A stretch of DNA of 64,000 nt from Allosphingosinicella sp. Its GTDB lineage: Bacteria; Pseudomonadota; Alphaproteobacteria; Sphingomonadales; Sphingomonadaceae. Location of the stretch: positions 16,706 through 80,705 of the forward strand of contig DASVSX010000002.1 in NCBI GenBank assembly GCA_036387875.1, given 5' to 3'. Position numbers and translations under genes: made by a program. Positions 1 through 9,839 of this stretch are shown here, piece by piece. Within the stretch, counting starts at the first letter, position 1. Every line of letters starts with the position of its first letter. Below the pieces are notes generated by a model, which had not been told where the DNA came from, did not search any database, and worked only from the letters and a program-made list of their open reading frames with translations.

Positions 1-577
1 TCTGAGGTTCGGCGCGGCGCCACAGGGGCGGCCCCTCGAGCTTGAGGTCGGCCTCGGCCCGGTCGGTGGAAAGGCGAAGGGTCCGAACCGTGCCACCTTC
101 GGCCGGCTCCGCCCCGGCAAGCCCGGCGAGCAGAGCCTGGGACGGCGCATAGCCGCCTCCGCCTTCGGTCATGAGCCCGGCGCGCGCCAGGTCGCGGGCG
201 AGCGAGGCCCCCGTCGCCGGGGCGAATCTCCAGCGCGCCGGTGCCATGCCATCGAGCAATGCGCCGCCCCGCAGGCTTACCGACGCCACCGCTCCAGCGG
301 CTTCGAAAGCGGACGAGGCGGCGTCGCGCCACTCCTGCCAGGAAACCTGCTCCAGCGCCCGCTCGCTCTCACCCGTGCCCGGAAGGTCCGGCAGCCAGCA
401 TTCGAAGCCCTGCGGGGCAAGGGCCCGCATCGCGCTCGCGAGGAGTGCCCGGGTCCGATTCATCTCCTCGAACAAGGGTGGAAGGAAGAGGAGGGCGGGC
501 CCGCTCCCGATCCGCATCGTCCATTCGTCCCGGCCTCCCACCCGGTAGCGGGAATAATGGAGGCCCGAGCCGCTCAC
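1..577 (-). CDS. Alpha/beta-hydrolase-like protein (exosortase A system-associated 'hydrolase 2' type), 3' end beyond window
   Basis: Manual translation gives VSGSGLHYSRY...LLFLPPLFEEMNRTRALL...PDLPGTGES; GTG overlaps the ACP stop (GTGA); absent from the ORF track because it runs off the edge. Confidence 0.7.
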   Translation of the reverse strand, partial: MSGSGLHYSRYRVGGRDEWTMRIGSGPALLFLPPLFEEMNRTRALLASAMRALAPQGFECWLPDLPGTGESERALEQVSWQEWRDAASSAFEAAGAVASVSLRGGALLDGMAPARWRFAPATGASLARDLARAGLMTEGGGGYAPSQALLAGLAGAEPAEGGTVRTLRLSTDRAEADLKLEGPPLWRRAEPQ

Positions 578-852
578 TGGAGCGTTTTGGAGCGGGCGAA
601 GGTGAGAAGTGAGCCAAAGCTTTCAAGCATGTCCGCGTCGACTTCATGATCCTCGATGAGGATTCCGAGCCGTTCCTCGAGCTCGGTGAGAAGGCCGGCG
701 ACGGCCATGGAGTCGAATTCCGGAAGGGCTCCGAAAAGCGGGCTCGATTCGTCGAACGCGGCGACCTGGGCCTCTGGAAGCCCGAGGACGTCGCGCAGGA
801 CGGCCCTGAGGGTGGCGTCGACTTCCTGTTCGTCGTTCAAAGCGGCGGTCAT
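574..852 (-). CDS. Acyl carrier protein
   Basis: 92 aa acidic protein with LPEFDSMAV phosphopantetheine Ser motif. Confidence 0.9.
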   Translation of the reverse strand: MTAALNDEQEVDATLRAVLRDVLGLPEAQVAAFDESSPLFGALPEFDSMAVAGLLTELEERLGILIEDHEVDADMLESFGSLLTFARSKTLQ

Positions 853-881
853 GAAAGGGCTCCCCTCGTAGCGCGCCGCGC

Positions 882-1895
882 CTAACGGCTTCGAACGCGG
901 CGGACAAGCGCGGATAATCTTGCCCGGGCGGCGCCCAGCAGGCCGCCAGGGGAGGCGAGGTTGAACGCCTCGAGACGCCAAAGCGTCGCCCGCTCACCCA
1001 TCCAGTCCCTTTTATAGCCGTCGTCGCCGGTGCCGTAGTCGATCCGCGAGACGCGGTCCTCGTCGAGCGCAGCCCGGAACATCGCCATGCTGAGCACCGT
1101 CCCCGGGGACAGGGCCTTGGAATCCTCGCGATAGGCGAGCTTGTGGATCCAGGCTGTGCCGTCCTCGATCGTCCACAACTGGGCGGCGAGCGGCAGACCG
1201 TCCTTTCGCGCCACTCCCAACCGGAGCCGCCCGGCCCGGCCTTCCTGCTCGGCCAGCGCTCGAAGGAATGCGGGCGAGCCCTCCTCGGGTTTCCAGCTGG
1301 CGGCATAGACCTCCTCATAAGCGGCCCAGGCGGAGGAATCGAAAGCGCGGTGGATCTCGATGTCGAGCCCGGCGGCCTTGGCCTTGCGCTGGGCGGTGTT
1401 GCGCAATTTGCCGGGCCGAGTCGCCCAATAGGCCTCGAAATCCTGGCCGGCCGTATCGATTCGCCAGGAAATGGTGGCGGGGCCCACGAAGGTCGCCCAG
1501 CCCGAGCGGCGGAAGGCGCCGGCCAGAGGCTCGGGATCCTCCAGCGGGGCGATCTCAAGCCGGCTCAGCCGCTTGCGAAGCGACCTTGCAATCGCTTCCG
1601 CGCCCTCGGCATTCCCGACCAGCCCGAAACGCAAGCTGTACCAGCAGCGCAGGGCCTCCCCCTTGCCGCCTTGCCCGGCGAGGAACAGCCAGGCGGCCGA
1701 GCCGTCGCCGCCCCGGGCGCGGGCGACCAGCGGGCGCCCCGGAGGCGGACAATGCGCCGCCACCAGGCGGAACCACTCGATCCGGTCGAAAAGCGAAGGC
1801 GGGCAATCGAGCGCACCGGCCGAATCCGCCGCCGCCGACTCGAGGTCATCGAACAGTTTCACCTCGAAGCCCAACGCGCTATCCCCCGGCTCCAA
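882..1895 (-). CDS. GNAT family N-acetyltransferase (CelD/BcsL-like)
   Basis: HKLAYRED...LSPGTVL...IDYGTGDDGYKRDWM motifs; start uncertain. Confidence 0.8.
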   Translation of the reverse strand: MEPGDSALGFEVKLFDDLESAAADSAGALDCPPSLFDRIEWFRLVAAHCPPPGRPLVARARGGDGSAAWLFLAGQGGKGEALRCWYSLRFGLVGNAEGAEAIARSLRKRLSRLEIAPLEDPEPLAGAFRRSGWATFVGPATISWRIDTAGQDFEAYWATRPGKLRNTAQRKAKAAGLDIEIHRAFDSSAWAAYEEVYAASWKPEEGSPAFLRALAEQEGRAGRLRLGVARKDGLPLAAQLWTIEDGTAWIHKLAYREDSKALSPGTVLSMAMFRAALDEDRVSRIDYGTGDDGYKRDWMGERATLWRLEAFNLASPGGLLGAARARLSALVRRVRSR

Positions 1896-1932
1896 GCCCA
1901 GCCTGTCCGCTGTGGCGCACACAGGAGCCACG

Positions 1933-3447
1933 GTGCAAGCCCCAGATCCGACCCCCCGTCCGCTGGACCACCTCGCTTCGATGGGCGATCCCGAGGCTCC
2001 GGCCCTGCTCACCAAAGAGGGGCTGCTCGATTATGCGGGCCTCGAGGCGGCCGTCGGAACGCTGGCGGCCGCGCTGAAGGCGAGGGGCTTCGCTCCGGGA
2101 GACCGGGTGGCGAGCTGGCTCCCCAAGAGCCGCATGACGAGCCTCCTCCCGCTGGCCTGCGCCCGGGCCGGGCTTGTCCACGTTCCGGTCAACCCGCTTC
2201 TGAAGCGAGCCCAGGTCGGCCATATCCTGGCCGACAGCGGCGCCAGGCTGCTGATCACGGGCAAGGCGCGCCTCGGCACCCTGGGGGAAGGGGACCTGCC
2301 CGCCGCCTGCGCGGCGGCGGCGGAGGAGGAAGGCGCGGCGATGCTCGCCGGTGACGAGCGCCTGCCGCCGTCCGGCGCCGATCCCGACGATCTCGCGGCC
2401 TTGCTCTACACCTCCGGCTCGACCGGACGGCCCAAGGGCGTGATGCTCAGCCACGCCAATATGTGGCTCGGAGCGGTCAGCGTCGCTCATTATCTCCGTT
2501 TGGAGCCGCGGGACCGAGTCCTCGGAGTCCTGCCGCTGAGCTTCGATTACGGCCAGAACCAGCTGCTTTCGACCTGGGCGGCGGGCGCCTGCGTGGTGCC
2601 GATCGAATATCTCGCCGCCCGCGACGTCGTCCGCGCCGTCGAGACCCACGGGATCACCACCCTTGCCGGAGTGCCGCCGCTCTGGGTCCAGCTGGTCGAG
2701 GCGCCCTGGCCGCCCAGGGCCGCTCTGTCGCTCCGGCGCCTCACCAACAGCGGCGGCCGGCTTCCGGTATCGATCGTCCGCCGGCTTCGAGAGCTGTTCC
2801 CGGCCGCGGAGCTCTATTTGATGTACGGCCTCACCGAAGCGTTCCGCTCGACCTTTCTCGAGCCGGCCCTGCTCGACGACCATCCGGATTCGATCGGGAA
2901 GGCCATCCCCTTCGCCGAAGTCATGGCGTCGAAGCCGGACGGAACCCTGTGCGGCCCGGGCGAGGATGGCGAGCTGGTCCATGCCGGCCCGCTGGTCGCC
3001 AAGGGCTATTGGAACGACCCGGAGCGGACCGCCGTCCGCTTCAGGCCGTCCCCGCCGAGCTCCAGCTACGGCGGAACCGCCGTCTGGTCCGGCGACCGGG
3101 TCCGGATGGACGAGGGGGGCCTGCTCTATTTCGTCGGCCGCGAGGATTCGATGATCAAGACCAGCGGCAACCGGGTCAGCCCGACCGAGGTCGAGGAGGC
3201 CGCGGTTGCGAGCGGAGTGGTCACCGAGGCCGTGGCGCTCGGAGTCCCCGACGACCGGCTCGGCGAGGCGATCGCTCTGGTCGTGCGCGGCAAGGGCGAG
3301 GAAGCGGATCTGGAGCTGCGCAACTTTCTTCGCCGGGAGTTACCGAATTTTATGCAGCCGGCGCATATCGTGTGGCGCGACGAGCTGCCGCGCTCTCCCA
3401 ACGGCAAGCTCGACCGCGAAGTCATCAAGAGCGAGCTCATCCAATGA
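1933..3447 (+). CDS. Acyl-CoA ligase (AMP-forming), exosortase A system-associated
   Basis: LYTSGSTGRPKG, MYGLTEAF, PRSPNGKLDR motifs; AGGAG RBS before GTG 1933. Confidence 0.9.
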   Translation: MQAPDPTPRPLDHLASMGDPEAPALLTKEGLLDYAGLEAAVGTLAAALKARGFAPGDRVASWLPKSRMTSLLPLACARAGLVHVPVNPLLKRAQVGHILADSGARLLITGKARLGTLGEGDLPAACAAAAEEEGAAMLAGDERLPPSGADPDDLAALLYTSGSTGRPKGVMLSHANMWLGAVSVAHYLRLEPRDRVLGVLPLSFDYGQNQLLSTWAAGACVVPIEYLAARDVVRAVETHGITTLAGVPPLWVQLVEAPWPPRAALSLRRLTNSGGRLPVSIVRRLRELFPAAELYLMYGLTEAFRSTFLEPALLDDHPDSIGKAIPFAEVMASKPDGTLCGPGEDGELVHAGPLVAKGYWNDPERTAVRFRPSPPSSSYGGTAVWSGDRVRMDEGGLLYFVGREDSMIKTSGNRVSPTEVEEAAVASGVVTEAVALGVPDDRLGEAIALVVRGKGEEADLELRNFLRRELPNFMQPAHIVWRDELPRSPNGKLDREVIKSELIQ

Positions 3448-4673
3448 CCAAGCCCATGGGGGCGATTCCCGCCGGCTTTGAAGCCGAGGCCGGCATGCTG
3501 ATGATCGGCGGCCGTGGCGCGGACTCGCTCGTCGAGGAAGCGGGGGACACGCCCCTGTTCGTCTACGATCTGTCCCGAGTGACCGCCCAGGTCAGCCGGT
3601 TTCGTTCCGCCTGTCCCGGCGTGAACCTGCATTATGCCATCAAGGCAAATACTTATGCGCCGCTGCTGAAACATATCAGCAAGCTCGTCGACGGCCTCGA
3701 CGTCGCCTCGGCGGGCGAAATGGGGGCGGCCCTGGAATCCGGCACCCAGGCCGGCGAAATCTCCTTCGCCGGGCCCGGCAAGCGCGACGACGAGCTCGCC
3801 GCCGCAATCCAGGCGGGTGTGACTTTGAACGTCGAATCCGAAGGCGAGGCGGAGCGGGCGCTGGCCATCGGCCGAGCCCAGGGGCGGACTCCGAGGCTCG
3901 CAATCCGGGTCAATCCGGACTTCGAGATCAAGGGTTCGGGGATGCGCATGGGCGGCGGCGCCAAGCCGTTCGGCGTGGACGCCGCCCGGGTGCCGGCCTT
4001 GATCCGTCATGTGGTCGAAAGTGGCGGAATGTGGCGGGGACTGCATATTTTCGCAGGTTCTCAGGCGCTTTCCGCAGATGCCCTGATCGAAGCGCAGCGG
4101 GCGACCGTGGCGCTCGCCGCCGAGCTGGCGGAGGCGGTCGGCTCGGCGCCGCCGCTCGTCAATCTCGGCGGCGGATTCGGGATTCCCTATTTCGCGACCG
4201 AGGCGCCGCTCGACGTCGAGGCGGTCGGAGCCGCGCTTGCTGAGACCCTGGCCGCGCGGCCCAGGATCCTCGCGACGAGCGGCTTCGCGATCGAGCTCGG
4301 GCGCTGGCTGGTCGGGGAGTCGGGCGTGTATCTGACCCGGATCGTCGACCGCAAGGAGAGCCACGGCAAGACCTTCCTCGTCACCGACGGCGGGATGCAT
4401 CACCAGCTCGCGGCCTCGGGCAATTTCGGCCAGGTGGTGCGCCGCAACTATCCGGTCGCGGTCGCGAGCCGATTCGAGGCCCCGGCCGAGGAGGAGGCGA
4501 GCATCGTCGGCTGCCTGTGCACCCCGCTCGACCGCCTCGCCGACGACGTCATGATCCCGCGCTGCGAAGTGGGCGACCTCGTCGCCGTCTTCCTCGCCGG
4601 AGCCTATGGTCTCTCGGCAAGCCCGGCCGCCTTCCTCGGGCATCCCCCGGCGCGCGAGATCGCGGTCGGCTAA
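3444..4673 (+). CDS. Pyridoxal-dependent decarboxylase (LysA-like), exosortase A system-associated
   Basis: HYAIKAN PLP lysine, NLGGGFG, GCLCTPLD, GAYG; ATGA overlap with the ligase. Confidence 0.9.
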   Translation: MTKPMGAIPAGFEAEAGMLMIGGRGADSLVEEAGDTPLFVYDLSRVTAQVSRFRSACPGVNLHYAIKANTYAPLLKHISKLVDGLDVASAGEMGAALESGTQAGEISFAGPGKRDDELAAAIQAGVTLNVESEGEAERALAIGRAQGRTPRLAIRVNPDFEIKGSGMRMGGGAKPFGVDAARVPALIRHVVESGGMWRGLHIFAGSQALSADALIEAQRATVALAAELAEAVGSAPPLVNLGGGFGIPYFATEAPLDVEAVGAALAETLAARPRILATSGFAIELGRWLVGESGVYLTRIVDRKESHGKTFLVTDGGMHHQLAASGNFGQVVRRNYPVAVASRFEAPAEEEASIVGCLCTPLDRLADDVMIPRCEVGDLVAVFLAGAYGLSASPAAFLGHPPAREIAVG

Positions 4674-4679
4674 ACTCAT

Positions 4680-4808
4680 TCCTCCCCGAGCTTGCTCGGG
4701 GAGGGGGACCAGGCGAAGCCTGGCGGAGGGGCGATCCGGCATTCGAATTTCCCCTCCACCACGACGCTTCGCGCCGCGGTCCCCCTCCCAAGGCAAGCTC
4801 GGGGAGGA
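4680..4808. repeat. Palindromic REP-like doublet, family B ([30 protein letters not shown] / inverse)
   Basis: Inverted halves; close copy at 10867-11002; halves match the flanks of the DUF559 gene at 62738. Confidence 0.85.
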
Positions 4809-4977
4809 GTTGGGACGGTGAATTAACCCCTCCGCCCGACCAGTCCCATTCCGGGACGCCCCTCTAAAGGCCATTGTTCCTAACGGTAATTTTACCTCTT
4901 CACGCCATAGCGGACCCAAATCTCGCGTGCCTGGCGTCAGGCGTGCGATCCGCGGCGACCAGAAGAGGATCAGTTCG

Positions 4978-5616
4978 ATGCGTTCACTGGCAGGTTCCAC
5001 CCTAGCTCTCGCCCTCTGCCTCGGCGCCCCCGCGCAAGCGGTCGCCAAAGGCCGCGAGCAGCTTCCGCCGGCGAGCTTCGTCGGCTCCGACGACACCGCT
5101 CCGGCGGAGAAATACGTGATCGGGGCGCTCGACCAGCTGAACGTGTTCGTGTGGCGCAACGCCGACCTCGGCGGCAAGGTCCAGGTCCGCCCGGACGGGA
5201 TGATCACAACTCCGCTCATCCCCGACCTCCAGGCGGCGGGCAAGACTCCGGCGCAGCTTGCCGACGATATCCGGGTGGCACTCACCAAATATGTCGACGA
5301 CCCGCGGGTGACGATCATGGTCGAGACCTTCCAGGGCAGCTTCAGCCAGCAGATCCGGGTGGTCGGAGCCACGGAGAAGCCGGCCTCGCTTCCCTATCGC
5401 GCCAACATGACCCTGCTCGACGCGATGATCGCCGTCGGCGGCCTCTCCGAATATGCTGCGGGCAATCGCGCTCGGCTGATCCGTCACGACCGGGCGACCG
5501 GGACCCAGAAGGAATATGACCTGAAGATCGCCCGCCTCCTCAAGAAGGGGGACACCAAGGCCAATGTCCGGCTCGAGCCGGGCGACGTCATCATCATTCC
5601 CGAGAGCATGTTCTGA
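4978..5616 (+). CDS. XrtA/PEP-CTERM system polysaccharide export protein (Wza-like)
   Basis: Signal peptide; YVIGALDQLNVFVW, VRPDGMITTPLI, LEPGDVIIIPES. Confidence 0.9.
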   Translation: MRSLAGSTLALALCLGAPAQAVAKGREQLPPASFVGSDDTAPAEKYVIGALDQLNVFVWRNADLGGKVQVRPDGMITTPLIPDLQAAGKTPAQLADDIRVALTKYVDDPRVTIMVETFQGSFSQQIRVVGATEKPASLPYRANMTLLDAMIAVGGLSEYAAGNRARLIRHDRATGTQKEYDLKIARLLKKGDTKANVRLEPGDVIIIPESMF

Positions 5617-5665
5617 GGCGGATCTCCCGCCGACCAACCCACGCACGCAAGGGACAGCAGGCTCG

Positions 5666-7198
5666 ATGGACGGACTCTACGAACAGATAAGGATCGCCAT
5701 CCACCAGGTGTGGCGCCGCCGCTGGCTTGCACTGGCCGTGGCCTGGGGGATCTGCGTGCTCGGCTGGCTCGCGGTCGCACTCATTCCGAACACCTACGAA
5801 TCGAAGTCGCGGGTCTTCGTCCAGGCGCAGTCGATACTTCCCAACCAGGTCGGGATCACCGTCCAGGAAAGGGAAGGGGACCTCAATCGGGTCAAGCAGA
5901 CCCTGACATCCTCCGAGAACCTCGCCAAGGTCGTTCGCCGTACCGACCTGAACAGCCTCGTCGCCAACGAGCGCGACCTCGCAGTCCAGGTCGCTGGCCT
6001 TCGGACCGCGATCAAGGTCACCGCCCAGCCCGACAATATGTTCGAGATCAGCGCCACAGCGAAGGTCTCCGGCTTTTCCAACCGCCAGAACGCCAAGCTC
6101 TCGGCGGCCATCGTCCAGGGGCTTCTCGACATCTTCGTCGAGCAGAATCTCGCCGGCGACCGCGACGAGGCGAACCAAAGCCTGGCGTTCCTCGATCAGC
6201 AGCTCAAGGCCCGCGAGGGGCAGCTCCAGGAAGCCGAGCAGCGCCGGGTCGAGTTCGAGCAGCGCTATCTCGGCCTGCTCCCCGGCGAAGGCTCCATCGC
6301 GTCGCGAATGGGGATGGCCCGCACCGAGCTTGCCGGGATCGAGCAGCAGCTGATGCAGGCGCAGAGCTCGCTCGCCGCCCTTCGCAGCCAGCTCGGAGCA
6401 ACCCCCTCGACCATGCCGATGCTCGGCGGCGAGGCCGGCGGCGGCGGAGCCCGAGGCCAGCTCGCGGCGCTCGAGGCCCAGCTTGCCCAGTCGGCAGCCC
6501 AGGGCTGGACCGATTCCCATCCCGACGTCGTCAGGCTTCGCAACCAGATCGCCAGGCTGAAGCCGCTCGCCGCGCGCGAGCCCACCGGCGCCGGGACCAT
6601 GCCCAACCCCTCCTGGGTGTCGCTTCGGGCGATGGTCGCCGAGAAGGAAGGGCAGGTAAACGCCGCCGCGACCCGCAAGGCGCAGCTCCAGTCCGACCTC
6701 GGCCAGCTCGGCGCCCGCCAAGCCTCGGAGCCGGGCGTCGCTGCCGAGCAGGAGCGGCTCAACCGCGACTATGACGTTCTGAAGAAGCAATATGACAAAT
6801 TGCTCGAGGACCGCGACCAGGTGCGCCTCCGCACCGACGTCCGGAGCCAGACCGACGCGGTCAAGTTCAAGGTCATCGATCCGCCGAGCCAGCCGAGCGT
6901 TCCGCTCACTCCGAACCGGCCGCTTCTCCTCACCCTGATCCTCTTCGTCGGCCTCGCCGCCGGAGCGGGCGCGGCCTACGTCCTCGGGCAGATCCAGACC
7001 ACCTTCCCGACCCAGAGCCGGCTCGCCGAGGCGACCGGACTGCCGGTGCTCGGCTCGATCGGCGAGGTCCTTACCGACGAAGCCAGGTCGAAGCGCCGGC
7101 AGCGGCTGCTGTGGCTCGGCGGCGGCGCTGGGGCGCTTGGAGCGGCCTGGGCGGTGCTCCTGGCGGTCGAATTCTGGCAGCGCAGCACGGTCGCGTGA
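5666..7198 (+). CDS. XrtA system polysaccharide chain length determinant (Wzz/Wzc-N type)
   Basis: N- and C-terminal TM segments, coiled coil, HPDV motif, IDPPSQP..PNRPLL. Confidence 0.9.
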   Translation: MDGLYEQIRIAIHQVWRRRWLALAVAWGICVLGWLAVALIPNTYESKSRVFVQAQSILPNQVGITVQEREGDLNRVKQTLTSSENLAKVVRRTDLNSLVANERDLAVQVAGLRTAIKVTAQPDNMFEISATAKVSGFSNRQNAKLSAAIVQGLLDIFVEQNLAGDRDEANQSLAFLDQQLKAREGQLQEAEQRRVEFEQRYLGLLPGEGSIASRMGMARTELAGIEQQLMQAQSSLAALRSQLGATPSTMPMLGGEAGGGGARGQLAALEAQLAQSAAQGWTDSHPDVVRLRNQIARLKPLAAREPTGAGTMPNPSWVSLRAMVAEKEGQVNAAATRKAQLQSDLGQLGARQASEPGVAAEQERLNRDYDVLKKQYDKLLEDRDQVRLRTDVRSQTDAVKFKVIDPPSQPSVPLTPNRPLLLTLILFVGLAAGAGAAYVLGQIQTTFPTQSRLAEATGLPVLGSIGEVLTDEARSKRRQRLLWLGGGAGALGAAWAVLLAVEFWQRSTVA

Positions 7199-7209
7199 GG
7201 GAGAGCGAG

Positions 7210-8193
7210 ATGAACAAGCATAGCCCCCTCAGCCATAGCGGCTCGCTCCTCGAGCGGGCGGCGGAGCTTTACGGCTTCGGTTCGGCTCCCGCCATCGCAC
7301 CCATTGCGCCCGCTCCGGAGCCGGAAGCGGTTCGCGAGCCGGAGGTCGCGCCTAAGGCCGATCCTGCTCCCCGCCAAAGGCCCGGGCCCGGTGCGGCGGA
7401 AGATCCGGACCCCGGCCTTCGCCGGGGAGCAAGCCGAAGCTTCCTTCCAGTCGTCACCGAAGCGAAAGCCGAGGTGGACCGCAAATCGCTCGGCCAGAGG
7501 GGCTTCATCGTCCCGGACAGCCCGGCGGGCCCGCTCGCCGAGGAGTTCCGCATCGTCAAGCGCCAGCTGCTTCTGGGGATGGGCGCCGGAAGCCCGGTCA
7601 GCGCCGACAAGCGCCGGACGATCCTGGTCTGCTCGGCCCAGCCCGACGAGGGCAAGACCTTCTGCGCGGTCAATCTGGCGCTTTCGCTGGCCGGCGAGCG
7701 CGACATGGAAATCCTCCTCGTCGACGCCGACTTCCCGAAGCCCGAAGTGCTCTCGATCCTGGGCCTGGAGGCCCGGGGTGCCGGCTTCGTCGACGCTCTC
7801 GCCGACCCCTCGCTCGATCCCGAGCGGCTCGTCGTCCGCACCGACATCGGCAATCTCTCGGTCATGCCGGCCGGGCGCTACGAGAACGACGTCCCCGAGC
7901 TGCTCGGCTCCGACCGGACCGCGCGGGTGCTGGAGCGCCTGACCGAGAACCGGCCCAGGCGGATCGTAATCTTCGATTCCCCGCCTGCATTGATGGCCAG
8001 CGCGGCCGCCGCGCTCGCGGCCCATGTCGGCCAGCTGCTGCTGGTGGTGAGGGCCGACCAGACCAACGAAGCCGATTTGAAGGAGGCCGCCGGCCTTCTC
8101 TCCGGCTGCCCCCAGATCAGCCTGCTGCTCAACGGCACGGGCTTTGCCGCCACGGGCCGAAAATTCGGCTCTTATTATGGATATGGCCAATGA
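7210..8193 (+). CDS. CpsD/CapB family tyrosine autokinase
   Basis: EEFRIVKR, Walker A SAQPDEGKT, LLVDAD, IFDSPP, C-terminal YYGYG tyrosine cluster. Confidence 0.9.
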   Translation: MNKHSPLSHSGSLLERAAELYGFGSAPAIAPIAPAPEPEAVREPEVAPKADPAPRQRPGPGAAEDPDPGLRRGASRSFLPVVTEAKAEVDRKSLGQRGFIVPDSPAGPLAEEFRIVKRQLLLGMGAGSPVSADKRRTILVCSAQPDEGKTFCAVNLALSLAGERDMEILLVDADFPKPEVLSILGLEARGAGFVDALADPSLDPERLVVRTDIGNLSVMPAGRYENDVPELLGSDRTARVLERLTENRPRRIVIFDSPPALMASAAAALAAHVGQLLLVVRADQTNEADLKEAAGLLSGCPQISLLLNGTGFAATGRKFGSYYGYGQ

Positions 8194-9827
8194 AACAGGC
8201 TCTCTTCCAAAGACTTACAGCACGTAGCTGGCTGGGCATCGCAGGCGTTGCCGGAGTCAGCCTGCTCGCCGGAGCGGCGGCCGTCCACGGCGAGCCCCGG
8301 ACCAGCATCCACCCCTATCTCGAAGTCCAGCAGGTCGCGACCATGGACTTCGACCGGGGCGAGGTGCTCACCTATACGGGCGTCGGCGGCGGAATCGACG
8401 CCTCGGTCGCGACCCGCCGGGTGCAGGCCACGATCAGCGCCAATTACCAGCACCGGGTGGGCTGGAACGACCGGCTGGAGGACAACGACGTGGTCAGCGG
8501 CCTCGCGGCCGTCCATGTCGACGCCGTCCCGGGCGTGCTCGCCCTCGACGCCGGAGCCATGGCGGCGCGCACCCATGCCGACATCCGGGTGCCCGTTCCG
8601 ACGGCTCGGACCATCGACAGCGCCAACACCGCCGAAATCTACAGCGCCTATGCCGGCCCGACCCTCACCACCCATGCCGGGCCGGTGGCGATCGGAGCGA
8701 GCTATCGCCTCGGCTATGTCGCCGTCGACGATCACAGCCTCGCCGGGACCGGCCTCCCGACGGGCGCCCCGAGGGTCGACCGCTATTCGAGCAGCGTTGT
8801 CCACAACGCGACGGTGAGCTTCGGAATGGAGCCGGGGCGGCTGCCCTTCGGCTGGACCGTCGGCGGCGGCTACGTCCGCGAGGACATGAACCGGCTCGAT
8901 TCCAATTTCGAGGCCAAATATGTCCGAGCCGACGTCGTGCTTCCGGTCTCGCCGACCCTCGCCGTCACCGGCGGAGTCGGCTATGAGACGATGAAGGGCT
9001 CGCAGCAGGATTTCAAGCGCGGCCCCGGCGGGCTTCCGGTTCTGACGCCCGGCGGCAACCTCATCCCCGATCCCTCCAGGCCGCGCCTGAAGACGGTCGA
9101 CCAGGATGGAGTGATGTGGGACGCGGGGATCATCTGGCGCCCGACCCCTCGAACCGAGCTCCAGGCCCGGGGCGGGTGGCGCTACGGCGGCGAGAGCTTC
9201 ACCGCCTCGCTTGCTCACAAGATCAACAGCCGCTCGGCCCTGAACGCCTCCATCTATGACGGGGTGAGCAGTTTTGGACGGCTTTTAGTAGCCGATCTCA
9301 ACGGTTTGCCGACGAAGTTTAAAACTCCGTCCAATGGCAGCTTGACCGGCAACGGCTGCGTGTTCGGGAACGATCCCGGCACCGGCCGCTGCTTCGGCGA
9401 CGCCTTCCAGTCGATCGCCAACTTCAACTTCCGCAACCGCGGAGCGAACGTCCAATATTCGGCCACCCGCGGGCCCTGGACGATGGGCCTGGGCGCGGGC
9501 TACGCCAACCGCAAATATCTGGCGCCGGACAGCAGCCTGTTCGCTCTCAACGGAGTCACCGATCAGAGCTTCAGCCTGCAGGGCAATCTCGGCCGTCGGC
9601 TGACCCGGAGCTCGGGCTACGATCTCGACGCCTATGCGGCCTGGTTCGACAGCGGAATCGCCGATACCGACTCCAGCTTCGCCGCGGGTCTCACCGGACG
9701 CTACTATCGCAACGTCTTCCGCGATCGGCTGCAGGCGCAGATCTCGGCGGGCCTCTACACCACCCAGGCCGGGGAATTCGACGCCAGCTACGGCTCGATC
9801 CTCGTCGGCCTGCGCTACTCTTTCTGA
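8190..9827 (+). CDS. Outer-membrane beta-barrel protein, PEP-CTERM/XrtA system-associated
   Basis: Signal peptide, amphipathic beta strands, C-terminal GLRYSF; operon position. Confidence 0.7.
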   Translation: MKQALFQRLTARSWLGIAGVAGVSLLAGAAAVHGEPRTSIHPYLEVQQVATMDFDRGEVLTYTGVGGGIDASVATRRVQATISANYQHRVGWNDRLEDNDVVSGLAAVHVDAVPGVLALDAGAMAARTHADIRVPVPTARTIDSANTAEIYSAYAGPTLTTHAGPVAIGASYRLGYVAVDDHSLAGTGLPTGAPRVDRYSSSVVHNATVSFGMEPGRLPFGWTVGGGYVREDMNRLDSNFEAKYVRADVVLPVSPTLAVTGGVGYETMKGSQQDFKRGPGGLPVLTPGGNLIPDPSRPRLKTVDQDGVMWDAGIIWRPTPRTELQARGGWRYGGESFTASLAHKINSRSALNASIYDGVSSFGRLLVADLNGLPTKFKTPSNGSLTGNGCVFGNDPGTGRCFGDAFQSIANFNFRNRGANVQYSATRGPWTMGLGAGYANRKYLAPDSSLFALNGVTDQSFSLQGNLGRRLTRSSGYDLDAYAAWFDSGIADTDSSFAAGLTGRYYRNVFRDRLQAQISAGLYTTQAGEFDASYGSILVGLRYSF

Positions 9828-9839
9828 GGACTGGAAGCG

